Shown in pieces: positions 39,296-50,746 of a stretch of 64,000 nt of DNA. The notes below the pieces were generated by a model, which saw only the letters and a program-made list of their open reading frames with translations, was not told the origin of the DNA and ran no database searches. The DNA comes from Lytechinus pictus. Lineage: Eukaryota. The first letter of the stretch is position 1. Each line of letters starts with the position of its first letter. Position numbers and translations under genes: made by a program. Where the stretch lies: NCBI RefSeq assembly GCF_037042905.1, contig NC_087251.1, positions 34,164,001-34,228,000 on the forward strand, in the 5' to 3' direction.

Positions 39296-39776
39296 CAATG
39301 ATTCAACTATAATGATAAACAGCACATCATCATATTTATTTAAAAAATGAGTAAGTTCACTTGGTCTTGGGAATACTTCTGAAATCGATGTCGCAGAGAT
39401 CAGTCCTTCATGTTTATAATTCCATGGAGCTCAATAAATGGCTCTCCTTATGCCTCCGAATTTGCTTTCCTAGACACACTCAATTTTATAAAATGCTCAA
39501 TTGTTGTAGATTGTTATTAAAATTGTAAATGCAACAGCTGTGTAGCTATCAATTAATCTGTGGTGAAACTAGGCTTGGGTCATGTACAAAATATCGCGCT
39601 CCTCAAAAAAAAATTATAAGTAGGGTGTCCGAACTCATATTAGGCCTAAAAAAAGTGCTAGAATTTCATATTTTACATCTTTAAAACCATTAAATCACCA
39701 TCTCTTTTCCATAATTCTCATAATAGAAGATACACAAAGACCCCAAAAGAAAACTTGACATCTGAATTACCTAACT

Positions 39777-39946
39777 TACAGCCTCCTCATATGGAGGGCA
39801 GCAACGAAGTATTCGGATCTCTACTCCTGGCGGTTCTGAGCTGGGCCTTCTTCTGGAAACTACCGGTACCCCAGGTCATGTTCACTGACTTCATCTCCTC
39901 CTCGAGGCTCAGTATGACTCCAGGTGGTTTTGGGTCTCCCTCTCTC
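39777..39946 (-). mobile_element. Degenerate 3' end of an RTE-clade LINE ORF, bounded by splice sites
   Basis: With frameshifts reads RGRPKTTW..LEEEMKSVNMTWG...KKAQ.RTA...FVAALH*, the typical RTE C-terminal signature. Confidence 0.7.
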
Positions 39947-40659
39947 CTGAAATACAGAGTCAAAAAGTGATAAACAGCTAGGCCTATTCATGAAAAAATC
40001 AGACTCTTAAAATGGTGGAAAAAATAATGAATTTCGATTTTCGGCATTTCAAAATCTCATCAAAATCCTCAAATCGTGTGTAAAGTGATTGGTGCGCAGA
40101 CACGAGGCGCTGGCCACTATCATAATGTTAAATCTGAAATTGAAAATCATAACTGGCTGAGTCTCAGATTTTTTCCAAGACCAAGAAAATCAGTTTCACA
40201 TTCGATCACATATCTCTCTCATTTACTTATAACAATATATGGAACAATATCAACTGAAAGATTTTGTGAAATAAAAAGAAATTCATGTTAAATCTTAACA
40301 CAAATCGTAAGGTCAATATGATGTATGTGCGCAGACTTGCACCGGCATGGCAGCCACACATCCACGCCCGGCTAGTCGCGGCCGGCAGGCAGCGCTGAGG
40401 GGCAGTAACAGGATGTCCTGACGAACTCTAACGTTACAGCTAGCCCCGCAGCTAGCTGCGAGCCGCGCCATTTAACAAACTACGAAAAGAAAATCATAGA
40501 AAATTGTTAACTTACCTGTAGAGCCTACTGCGAATGTCTTAGCTTTCAAGTCATTGTCCAAATCTGGTCCGTGTGATTTCAGTGGTTGAATTATTATTAA
40601 AACGGCCTTCTTTATCCTTCTTTATCGCACTAGCACTCGATAAAAGTGCGGTGCAAATT

Positions 40660-40800
40660 ATCGGCGCGGCGAAGATGGCTCTTTCAAATTCAAATTAGAT
40701 TGGCGGTTTGCGTTTGGCGGCGCTGGTTAATTTGCATAATTATACGGACGATAGCGATCAGTGGCACTCAGTGCGCATGCGCAGGCCCGCCCGCGCCCGG
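40660..40800 (-). promoter_or_regulatory. CpG-rich promoter within the CACTA-like element
   Basis: YY1 AAGATGGC 40672; two TTTGAA (CHR-like, minus strand) 40683-40694; CCAAT (minus) 40699; E2F-like TTGGCGG x2 40700-40720; octamer ATTTGCAT 40730; NRF1 palindrome TGCGCATGCGCA 40772-40783; GC box ~40785. Confidence 0.65.
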
Positions 40801-42134
40801 TGATTGAAGGAAGATCTGCTGAGTCAGGAATAATGAAGGGGGGGGGGGGTCTAAAGCAAGAAAGAGGTTTTAAAATAGATATACGAACTTCTTAACATAA
40901 AAATTTCTTCTTGTTTGGTTTTGGTTGGCAACCAGTCAAGAAATGACGATTTTTGCCTCTGCTTTTGGAGCTTTTTTTTTTCTTTGAAAGTTTAAGAATG
41001 AATTAGCTTAATATTTGTTCTTTATTTCTATTTTATTTATTTTCTTTTTCTTTGAAAGATAAAGATAGCCTTGCTTAACATGGCAAGGTTGTAAACTAGC
41101 AATAAATATGCGCATTATAAATAGAAAAAAATAGCTATTCTATTCACCTTCAAAAATATTTTTAAAATATCAGTGAGTTAAAAAAAGAAAAATACATTAA
41201 TTTTTATATGATTTGTAAAAATAGTGTAAAATAGTCCTCTTTAACTTAAATTAGAAAAAAGGGATTAAATAGGAAGAAATTTTTTTCTCGCAACATATAT
41301 CTAGGATAACAATTTTTTTAATGTAAACTAGAAAATTTCACTGAGAATAACATGTTTCGATTTAAGTTATATGGTAATATCGAACCACATACTTTAATGA
41401 AACTTTTCAAGGTGGAAATATTAAAATTAACATAAAGAATAATTAAGTTAGTTATTATGTAGATATTTTTTTCCTCTTATCCTCAATCGAGCTGTGTATA
41501 GGATGGATAAATGCATGGCATTTATTGTGGTAAAAGGCTGAATTACATGAATTTGTACAGAGCAAAATTTCAGTAAACAAATAAGCAACAAAAAAAAGTA
41601 TACTAATGTATAATATTGGAAAGGGGATACAAAAAGAAAAGTATACAGGGAGGGGGGGGGGAATAATGTCAAAAGCAGGAACGGACAAATGTTGGGAGTA
41701 GGCTAAATGTATATACCTTTAACATAATGAACATTTTCACATAAATATATATTTAACCAATGTTGAATGAATAACAATACATGTAGATTAAAGAGTGGAT
41801 TGTATGAAATAATACTTGCTTTTTTTTAAGAAAAGTAACGCTTTGTTGATGGTAACAATAATAATAGTTATAGGAAACACATTCATGAATGATAATCATA
41901 AAGAATTATCTCAAAAGGAATTAAAAACAAAGATAAGAGGACTTTGAAGTAATATGATTTGTACAAAAAATATAAATATTAATGTAAAGTGGGTTACAGC
42001 TATATTGAGCCAGTGACTTGTCGGATAAGAAATTTGAATGATTACTGCAGATATCAACAATTACAAAAATATTTCAAAAGTCAGTTACAGTTTAAGCGAC
42101 AAATAAAACAACAAAGGTATGAAAACATAGTTCT

Positions 42135-42141
<7 letters not shown>

Positions 42142-42188
<47 letters not shown>
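42142..42188. repeat. (AT)n microsatellite
   Basis: Direct reading. Confidence 0.95.
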
Positions 42189-42193
<5 letters not shown>

Positions 42194-42274
42194 CTGTTGG
42201 AAATAAGTACAATGCATTACCACTATGCCTCTTATATACATATATATATATGTATATATTATATATGTATATAC

Positions 42275-43345
42275 GGGTTCTTACTAGAATCAACTGGTAA
42301 GTCCTATTGGTTCTAACTGGTATCATTTGGTTTGATATTCCAGTATGGTTAATGGGTTTCAAGTGGGTTATGGGTGGCCTATGGGTTTCAACTGGTATAA
42401 TCTGTTCCAGTTTGGTTTATGGGTTTTAACTGAAATCAGCTGGTAGATATATACTGGTAATCATGCCTATTGGTTCTAACTGGTATCAATTGGTTTGATA
42501 TTCCAGTATGGTAAATGGGTTTCAAGTGGGTTATGGGAGGTCTATGGGTTCCAACTGGTAAAATATGTCCCAATTTAATTGATTTATGGGTTTTAACTGG
42601 AATCAACTGGTAGTATACCAGTAATGTATGCTGGTTTAACTGGTATCAATTGGTTTGAAATTCCAGTATGGTTAATGGGTTTCAAGTGGGTTATGGGAGG
42701 TCTATGGGTTCCAACTGGTATAATCTGCTCCAGTATGGTTTATGGCTTTTAACTGGAATCAGCTGGTAGATATGCCAGTAATGCCTATATTGGTTCTAAC
42801 TGGTATCCATTGGTTTGATATTCCAGTATGGTTAATGGGTTTCAAGTGGGGTTATGGGAGGTCTATGGGTTCCAACTGGAACACTCTGATCCAGTTTGGT
42901 TTATGGGTTTTAACTGGAATCAACTGGTAGGTATACCAGTAATGCATGTTGGTTCTAACTGGTATCAATTGGTTTAATGATATACCAGTATGGTTTATGG
43001 GTTTAAGGTGGCATTAACTGGTATATACACCTATTGGGTTTCTATGGGTTCCAACTGGTATCAAATGGTCCAGTTTGGCTAATGGGTTTTAAACTGGAAT
43101 CTATTGGTAGATAAACCAGAAAGGCCTATTGGTTTTAACTGGTATTAACTGGTGTACTAATTTATACCAGTATAGTTAATTGGTTTCAACTGGAATAAAC
43201 TTGTATGTTTTCAGCATGTCCAGTTGGGACAATGGGTTTCAACTGGAATATACTGGCATGGTGGGAGTTTACCAGTTGTGCCAATTGGTTTCAACTGGTA
43301 CCAGTTGACTCCAGTTGAAACCAGTTAAAATTTCAACTGGTTTCA
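42275..43345. repeat. Right subterminal array, ~160-nt units with the same AACTGG core
   Basis: aactggtatc.attggttt recurs at ~42316, 42478, 42638, 42798 and 42957. Confidence 0.9.
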
Positions 43346-46300
43346 ACTGGTTTTTTTACCTGGGTTTCAAGGAGTTTTTTTGAGGTTCCAAACTTCCAGT
43401 CTGTGCCTCGCCCTCGATATTAATTATTATTTAACAACAGGATACTGCCACACGATAGACCTGCATAATTTCTGTTTTCACAATTTTCTTTCCAAGTTAT
43501 TGAGACCACAATCTACCCTAGTCCCGTGTCTATGTGTAAATGCACGGTGAGCTTCCTGGGTTAGCTATCGTGCAGCCACCATTAGTAGGGGGTTAACAAT
43601 GCAAAATCCTCCCAACGGGGCTCATCGATTTTTGTCTTTATTTCATAAATATATATGAAAAGTGTACCAAAATAAAGATTATTATTCCATTTTGGCCTGA
43701 AATGCACCAAAACGGGGAAAAAGTTAACTTAAAAGGGGAAAAAACAGTGACTTACTTCGCCTTCGGCTGTCGCGCGAATTCACTTCCCTGTTTTAATACA
43801 TAAACGTATGGATTATGGCCATTGAGTCCCTGTACAGATCGAGCTAGAACTTCGGTCTCTGTATTTGATGAGTTGAGCCAACAGAGTTCAGTGGAACAAC
43901 CAACATAACAGACCGAAGCTTTTGGTCTAGGTGCATACCTGGTCTATGTAGGAGACAACAGTCACAGCTCAGCCTGTAATTTAAATTACAACATCTAACT
44001 TAGTCGTTGACAACATTAATCACCAGATATTGTGATACTTGCACAAGTCGAGACGATTAAGATTTCGTCATAGGCCTAACTTTACATTTAAGTTAAAAAG
44101 TTATTTAAAAAAAACTACAAAGGGGAGGAGAGCTTCCCCCAGAACGTGATAATAGTCAATAACATAATTTGTCAGTAAACGTTGAATCATAAAACAGACA
44201 AATAAAGTCTGGAACATGACATTCTGCACAAAGATCTAATTCTAGCATTAGATCTAACGTGATCAGCCTGAATATGAATCAATTTTTTTTTCAATCTGTA
44301 ATTTAATTGAAAAGTAGTTGTAATTGAGCATTTCTTCAATTATGTAATTGTAATTGAAGAAAGTAATTGAGCCCAACCCTGGTAATGGTAACCTTAAGCA
44401 TAAAACTATATAGATATAGAAAATTATTTACTATTGTGCCTTTCACCACTTTACATCTTTTTATCTGATACTATATTATTACTGTATTACAAGTGGGGTA
44501 CTTTTTTGTATCACTTACAATTCTTCCATTCTTCTAGATGAGTAAAACTAGAACTATATCATAAATAGAAGTACTTGGAAGTTACCTTTCTTAGGTTTGT
44601 GCTTTTTATAAGATTTCTGATAGTAAAAGGTATAACCTCTTCGGAAAATCCCCAATTTGTCCCAAAAATGAAAGGGGAAAATTATTTATAAGAAATAATG
44701 CAATGTTAATCTTTAAAGCTGCAGTAATTTCTATATAAATATAGTTATTTCATATTTGCATTGGTAGTTTATCTTATCTAAAGAAATCTAATAAAGAAGT
44801 GTAACTTCCTTTTTTATTCTAAAAACACATTTCATGATATTTTTTTATAATTCTATTATTCGAACCCAAATAAAATGTTGTTAGAGAGGAAAAGAAAAAT
44901 CAGAAAAGAAGATATAGACTCTTCTGAAATTTTGAACAATATCAAACAAGCGATACAGAAGTTATGAATTTTTGAAAGTTGTAAAATTGATGAGCTCTTT
45001 ACCTATGGAGACTTCAAATTGTTTGCATTTGTGATAAAATGGTTAAAATGTTATTATCAAAAGCCTCACTTCAAATGATCTTTTTCTTTCATGAGGACAT
45101 GAACACTATACTACCTGTGTTATATTTTTATAATTGCCCCAGAGGAATACATGTACATGTGTAGGTACTTAAGGTAAAACCATAAATCTTCTCCCAACTA
45201 CATGTCATTTTTTTCCACTTCAACCACCCTGCCTATGGTGAATCTACATGTAGATCTATGCAGCATATTATAGTACACATTTTAAAATTCTTTACCTTTT
45301 TACCCAAAATACTCAGATCCATAAAGTTATTGTTTTTCATTATTAACTTGGGGATAATTTTTTATTCACTATAGCACTCAAAAACTTGAATTTTGAGCAT
45401 ATTTTTGTGTGGGCCCTCTAATGATGGAAAGCAAAGTTGGTCTGAATTGTTACCAAGCAATCTCTCTTTTTAATTTAGAAAAACAATAATAAAAGAATTC
45501 AATTTACTTTAGAGCCAACTTATATGATGAATAGCTGTAATAGAAAATGATAGTGTAAAAGAATCAAGCATTTGATCCCAAGAACAACAGAAAATAAGCC
45601 AAACATTGCCATTGTTATTTCACCACACAGGGAGTACTAACAGAGGACAAGGTAATATCATAACATTATACATTGAATGAGTGCTACTTGTCATAATTTA
45701 CTTACTCAGGTCCCAGTTTGAAATTTACATAGTCTTAGGAACCTCAATTTTAGAACAGCCATAACTTTCTTATTGCTTGTCCAAACTTTTTAAAACTTTC
45801 ACTATTCTGTTTAGCTTATTTTCTCCTCTCAGACTCTCACACAACATTTTATGACCAGGGTTGGATTCCCTTTAATCATCTAATGGCATGCCTAAAAGTT
45901 ACAAGATGTAAATTAGTGATTCTCTTTGTTTTGTTTTGTTTCATATCAAGCTCAAACTATACATGTACAAATCCAATAAGTTGATTAATCTGATAATTCT
46001 TGATATATTTGACTGAAATTAAATATGACTTGATTCACTGTCTATTTACATCCTGACCAAAATATGTTAACATAACTCTGCCTTTATCCCAGGTTTTTTA
46101 ATCCATGTTTGTACACCTTTTCAATAATGTAATATCAGGCCTTATAGATCTATATTTTTAACCTTTTAAGATCACCTCTACTGTGTGACAAACTTGACAA
46201 AGCTAAATCCCATAAAGCAGTCTTTTGCATTATACCAAATTCCAATAGCTTAATCTTTAATATCAAGCAAAATTTAGAATTATAGATTTTGTTTATGGAG

Positions 46301-48887
46301 TTTGCACTCCCCAAGTACAGTCCGACCTCTCTTATCCAGCCTCCCCTTATCTGGATCTCTCCATTATCCGGACGCACACTTGCCAAATTTTTTTTTCCAT
46401 TTAGTACGTGGGGAAATGAGATTTCAATCTAAACTCAAAATTCCTACGCAAAACATACATTTTCGAATATAGTCTATCTGTAACCACATTATTTTTTATG
46501 AAAATATCTTGCCCAAATCACCAAAAGAACTTGGACAGGATAATTTCCAGTAAATGAGTTCGCAGTGCAATCATTTTATCTCATTCTCTTTTTTTTTCTG
46601 GGAAAATACAACACATGTCTCACTAGCTAGCGCTGGGCCTTGATACGGACAGCACTATTTATCATGTTTGAGCCTACAGTCATAACAATGGCTGTCTTTG
46701 CAAAGCTGCGATGCTCGCCGCAATCATCCAATTTTAAAACTTAGTTTTATCGAGCCATTCTCTTTCTTTCGAGGTATGCTAGATGTATATCTCAATCATT
46801 TCAGCAGGTAAATTATCCAAGAGTTTTGGTAACCACTCGATTTCATTTCTGTCAAAAATGCCTATAGTTGATTTGCACTGACACTGTAATGAATAATGTC
46901 TGTGTACGCCCACTTCAATAGATTACGTACGTGTAGCTACCATAGAGGAGGCAGCTGCGTGTATTTAATATTGGGTCTCCCAGATCTGAATATATAATAT
47001 GTAAATCAAACTTTCATCCCAAATTAGAAATTATAAACCATCAATTTTTTTTGTAATACATTGCCTATTTTTCATATTGCTTTCTCTTTGATCAAACTGT
47101 TCTAAATATATGTAGGTTAAAATTGGACCTCATATTTGGCTGCTCTAGGTCTTGCTTTCTTTAATTTCTTCTTTTCTGTCTGACTTTGCTCCTGAACTGT
47201 TCTTGAATTTGAACTTTTCACTTTCATCCATCTTGAAGTTGACTTGAAAAACTTCATTGTATATCACACACAAGATATCATATATGATGCAAGGATCTCG
47301 CAGAGCAAAAGTACAGAATTACATAAGACCCGATGCAATTGTGCTCTAGCTTCTGAAGCTATTGCAGTCTCACATCGCAACTTAATTGGCGATGCACATG
47401 TTCATATCTACCCTAGATCTCGAGCACGCAATGCAGCTGACCATGCACAATGAGTGCATGCATGGGGTTTCCCCTTGTGACGTGATAATGCAGCTAGAAA
47501 GAAGGGGATTCCCCAGCGCTATTCAAAACAAACCGATATGGATGCCTCTTGCATGAAATTGGGGTCTTTTTCCTTCTTGCAGCACTGGGAGGCGTGATAA
47601 AATGAGTCATGGGCGGGTGGGCGTGAGATGAGGTGCTGGGGCGTGAGACTTCATTGGAAGATCTGGAACCCAGCTGCAAATCTGGCCTACGTGTAACTCC
47701 TTGTTAATATCAAGTTCAATATCATGTTAGTCAAGACTTAATCAAGTCCCCTGTTTTTATTGTTGAAATTCATTGACAGGTCCAATATCAACAGAATAAA
47801 CTCAGCAATTGAAGGGAGTATTGTATGCTCTAAAAAGGCTTTTTTTGTACCATGTATACCTTGCCTGTTCTCAATATTTTTTCATATTCTAGCAGCTAAT
47901 CCTATGTTCACGGTTATAACAAGACTTCATTCCTCCCAAGATAAACTGCATTAGTGAGATTAGAAATTCCTTAATTTTTCCTCATTCTTTGTTCCACAGA
48001 CAGAAAAACCAGACTAATTGACAGGATAAAAAAAAGAAGAAAAATTCACAGATTTTCTCTTGCATTCTAGCAATTAAATAAATATGTGGTGACCAAGAGT
48101 GACAAATGAAAAAAGAAATAAGCCTCTGTCAAGGAAACTTAATAATTTTGCTTCAATGGATTACACATAACAAAAAATTATACACAACAAAATAATCATG
48201 AAAAGTTATTAGTCATTAGGCTAGGTCAATTCCATCATTTTACAATTTATTACAATTTATTATGATGTTAGCGCTCCAGGTGTTATTACATGCAATAAAA
48301 GAGAACAAAATTTAAACATCGGTGAGGAAGGGTCTATTAGGGGAGGCTCAGTAGGGCCGTGATTATTTGATTTCCAATGTCTCATAGGATTTTACATAGA
48401 GTTTACTACACTACAAGGCTGGCGTAACAGATCTGCAAAGATGATTTGGCACTATCGGATCGAAACATGCAATTAAAATTTTAAAAATTTGATCAAATCT
48501 AAGAAGACCAATGATAGGGGGAGTAAGGAATTGCCTTACAGGTCACATTGTTTTGCCAATCCCTATTATTTGATTTTTTTAAAAAGTAAAATGATAACTT
48601 TTAGGCATACTGCACTTAAAAGTTTCATTTTGGTGTAATGCAAACTCTTCCGACATACCAGTGTCCTAGCCTAGGATTCTTGCCAATTCGCACCAGATTT
48701 TTTTAAATACTGAATTTAGAACTGAAAACAAGCTTTTGTCATTGTTAAACATAGCTTAGACCTTTGATGAGTTTGAAGCTTTTTTAAAAATGATTTGTCT
48801 TCCTGAAATTTTTCCTTTCACCTGTTCCAGGCTGAATACTTACCAGTAATTAATTAATAATCATTGTTTTTTATGGTTTATTCGCAG

Positions 48888-48955
48888 ACATCCATAGCTA
48901 CATCTGGGAAATGGTTTTGGAAAGAAGAAACACAATCGCTTGAATTCCAACCAAG
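48888..48955 (+). CDS. PPP1R36: PPP1R36 exon 2
   Basis: TSIATSGKWFWKEETQSLEFQP resembles the vertebrate PPP1R36 G.WYWKDET.TLEF motif (recalled); AG/GT borders, phase 0 to 2. Confidence 0.9.
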
Positions 48956-49336
48956 GTAGTTAAAAACGTAATATTTTCATGACTTTGTACGATTTAATAT
49001 GATCAGTCGTCCAGATCAACCCCATCATTTTATGGGACTGTCAACTAATTTCTGTATATGCATCATTGACAAAAATAATCATCAAATATTACGTGTATTA
49101 AAGAAAAAAATATTTGTTGTCTTTGAATTTTGGTTCATGTAGCTATCACAACTCTGGCAATGATGTTATTTTATTTCAGCTTCTTTTCCATTTACCTAAA
49201 TATACATGTATATTCTAAGGGAATATTATAAAGAATATTTTTTCTTCAGTTTATGCATATTTCCTTATTCAATTGAATCTCAGTAAAAGTTTTAATTGAT
49301 AAGTCATCTGTATTTTTGTTTTGCTTTGTTTTCCAG

Positions 49337-49423
49337 TGCTACGCAATCACTCGACCAGAAAGATAAGAAGAATCAGAGGAAGAAAAATCACACTTTTGGA
49401 GAAACAGGAAACAAGAAAGATAG
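49337..49423 (+). CDS. PPP1R36: PPP1R36 exon 3
   Basis: ttccag|SATQSLDQKDKKNQRKKNHTFGETGNKKDR|gtatt; 87 nt, phase 2 to 2. Confidence 0.85.
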
Positions 49424-49805
49424 GTATTATTAATTCAATAGTTGCACAGTCGCATAATTAGATGTAATGTATTATAATTTTATATCCAATTTGTAACATG
49501 TTTGATAATCATGCTTTTCCACAATTAGTTCATTTGATAATAAAGTGATTTTATTGGCAGTGCTGGAATTCATGAAATACTTGAAAATCTGTATTCATAT
49601 GCTGGCATGTTTAGTCAGTATTTCTTCAACTAAATTTGTTATTTCAAACGTTGTCATTTGAGATAGGGAAAATTGATCATTTGTTTTATGGTAATCCTCA
49701 AGTAATTGCAGTGGGTTTGCCTAATTTCTGGCAATGGAAAAGGACATCATGAGTTTTGAAAAAAAAATGTTTTGAGTTGATTTACCTTTTTTTTTTTTTT
49801 TTCAG

Positions 49806-49930
49806 AGCCACCCCCAACCGATTTGATGCCAAAGGTCAAGGAGGATCGAAAGGGAATCAGGGTGTTGGTACTAGGTCAGCAAAATCACACAAGGAAAAGG
49901 ATAAAACTGTGACATTGCAGAGAGTCAAAT
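49806..49930 (+). CDS. PPP1R36: PPP1R36 exon 4
   Basis: poly-T cag|ATPNRFDAKG...KDKTVTLQRVK|gtaag; 125 nt, phase 2 to 1. Confidence 0.88.
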
Positions 49931-50485
49931 GTAAGATATATCAGTATTCTTATGCAGGGACAGTGAAATGAGTTTAAAAGTGTGGGGGGGGGGGGTGGCT
50001 AGCAAGCATATAATCACAAATTGATGGTCATTCTCACACTTTTTCATATGGTTAATGAAAAAATTCCCCCCCCCCCCCGTCACCCTGGTTCCTCAGCCCC
50101 TGTTATGTTGTTTGAATTTCTCAAATGAGGTCTATACTTGTATCTCTTTTTTTTTTGGGGGGGGGGGATAAATTACTATGGATGTTTTCTTTAGAAACTT
50201 AATGAATGTAATATCAGTTCCTTAATTAAAACTGGTCAGTCATCCAGAAGTAAGTATGACGTTGAGTTTCTTTCATGAGTAATTTTGAAATACATTGCAT
50301 ATTTTTCTTCACAATTAACATTTGCTTGAAAATTGGCAACAACTAAATGGGCTTTATATATTTCATGTATCGCTAGAGTTAGCATCATATTTCAACTATA
50401 GTTCAAACAAGAAATAAATTTATATTTCAATATCAAGCTCACTTATCTTTTATCAAGCTTATCTTTTTATTCATTTCATTCATAG

Positions 50486-50552
50486 CTGTTGCGCTGTTCA
50501 TGCTGAATGAAGTCAACTTTTCCACAGAATCATTTGAGATTTGCTTATATGA
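50486..50552 (+). CDS. PPP1R36: PPP1R36 exon 5
   Basis: catag|SVALFMLNEVNFSTESFEICLYE|gtaagt; 67 nt, phase 1 to 2. Confidence 0.88.
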
Positions 50553-50746
50553 GTAAGTTGTGCCAAATTATAACATTTCTTTAAGTGTTTATATTTTTTT
50601 AATGCATGATAAGATAACATCACGATTTCCATCTTAATGTTTCTTTCATTCATTACTTAAATGAAGCGAGCTATGAAGAAGAATGAATTAAGCTGCTGTG
50701 AATGTTGATAATGATGATGATGATTATGATGATGATGGTGGTGATA

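Larger units (their letters stand above)
36660..40680 (-). ncRNA. Candidate spliced non-coding cargo transcript inside the CACTA-like element
   Basis: CAG|GTAAGT donor at 40516; AG/GTAAGT-bounded exon 39780-39946; repeated cag|ATA(C/T)ATCGCATC acceptor-like sites at 39115, ~38575 and ~36766; AATAAA ~36660; no long ORF. Confidence 0.45.
35337..43364. mobile_element. 8.0-kb non-autonomous CACTA/EnSpm(CMC)-like transposon
   Basis: 20-bp TIR CCCAGGT(C/A)AAAAAACCAGTT with 1 mismatch; 2-bp TSD TT; long subterminal AACTGG/CCAGTT arrays; removing it restores the sequence seen in Academ copy 1. Confidence 0.88.
35314..43929 (-). mobile_element. AcademH-like non-autonomous element, copy 2, split by an 8-kb insertion
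   Basis: Reverse-complement homologue of 26819-27261; TAGAC...GTCTA ends; perfect 9-bp TSD GGTGCATAC (35305-35313 and 43930-43938). Confidence 0.85.

Noticed and set aside
39230..39335. C/D snoRNA in the cargo intron (ATGATGA C-box-like on the minus strand)
   Set aside because: No CTGA D box at a suitable distance and no terminal stem
46317..46900. Tc1/pogo-like element starting TACAGTCCGACCTCTC
   Set aside because: Only one end recognisable; no matching right TIR found, so not listed as a defined feature
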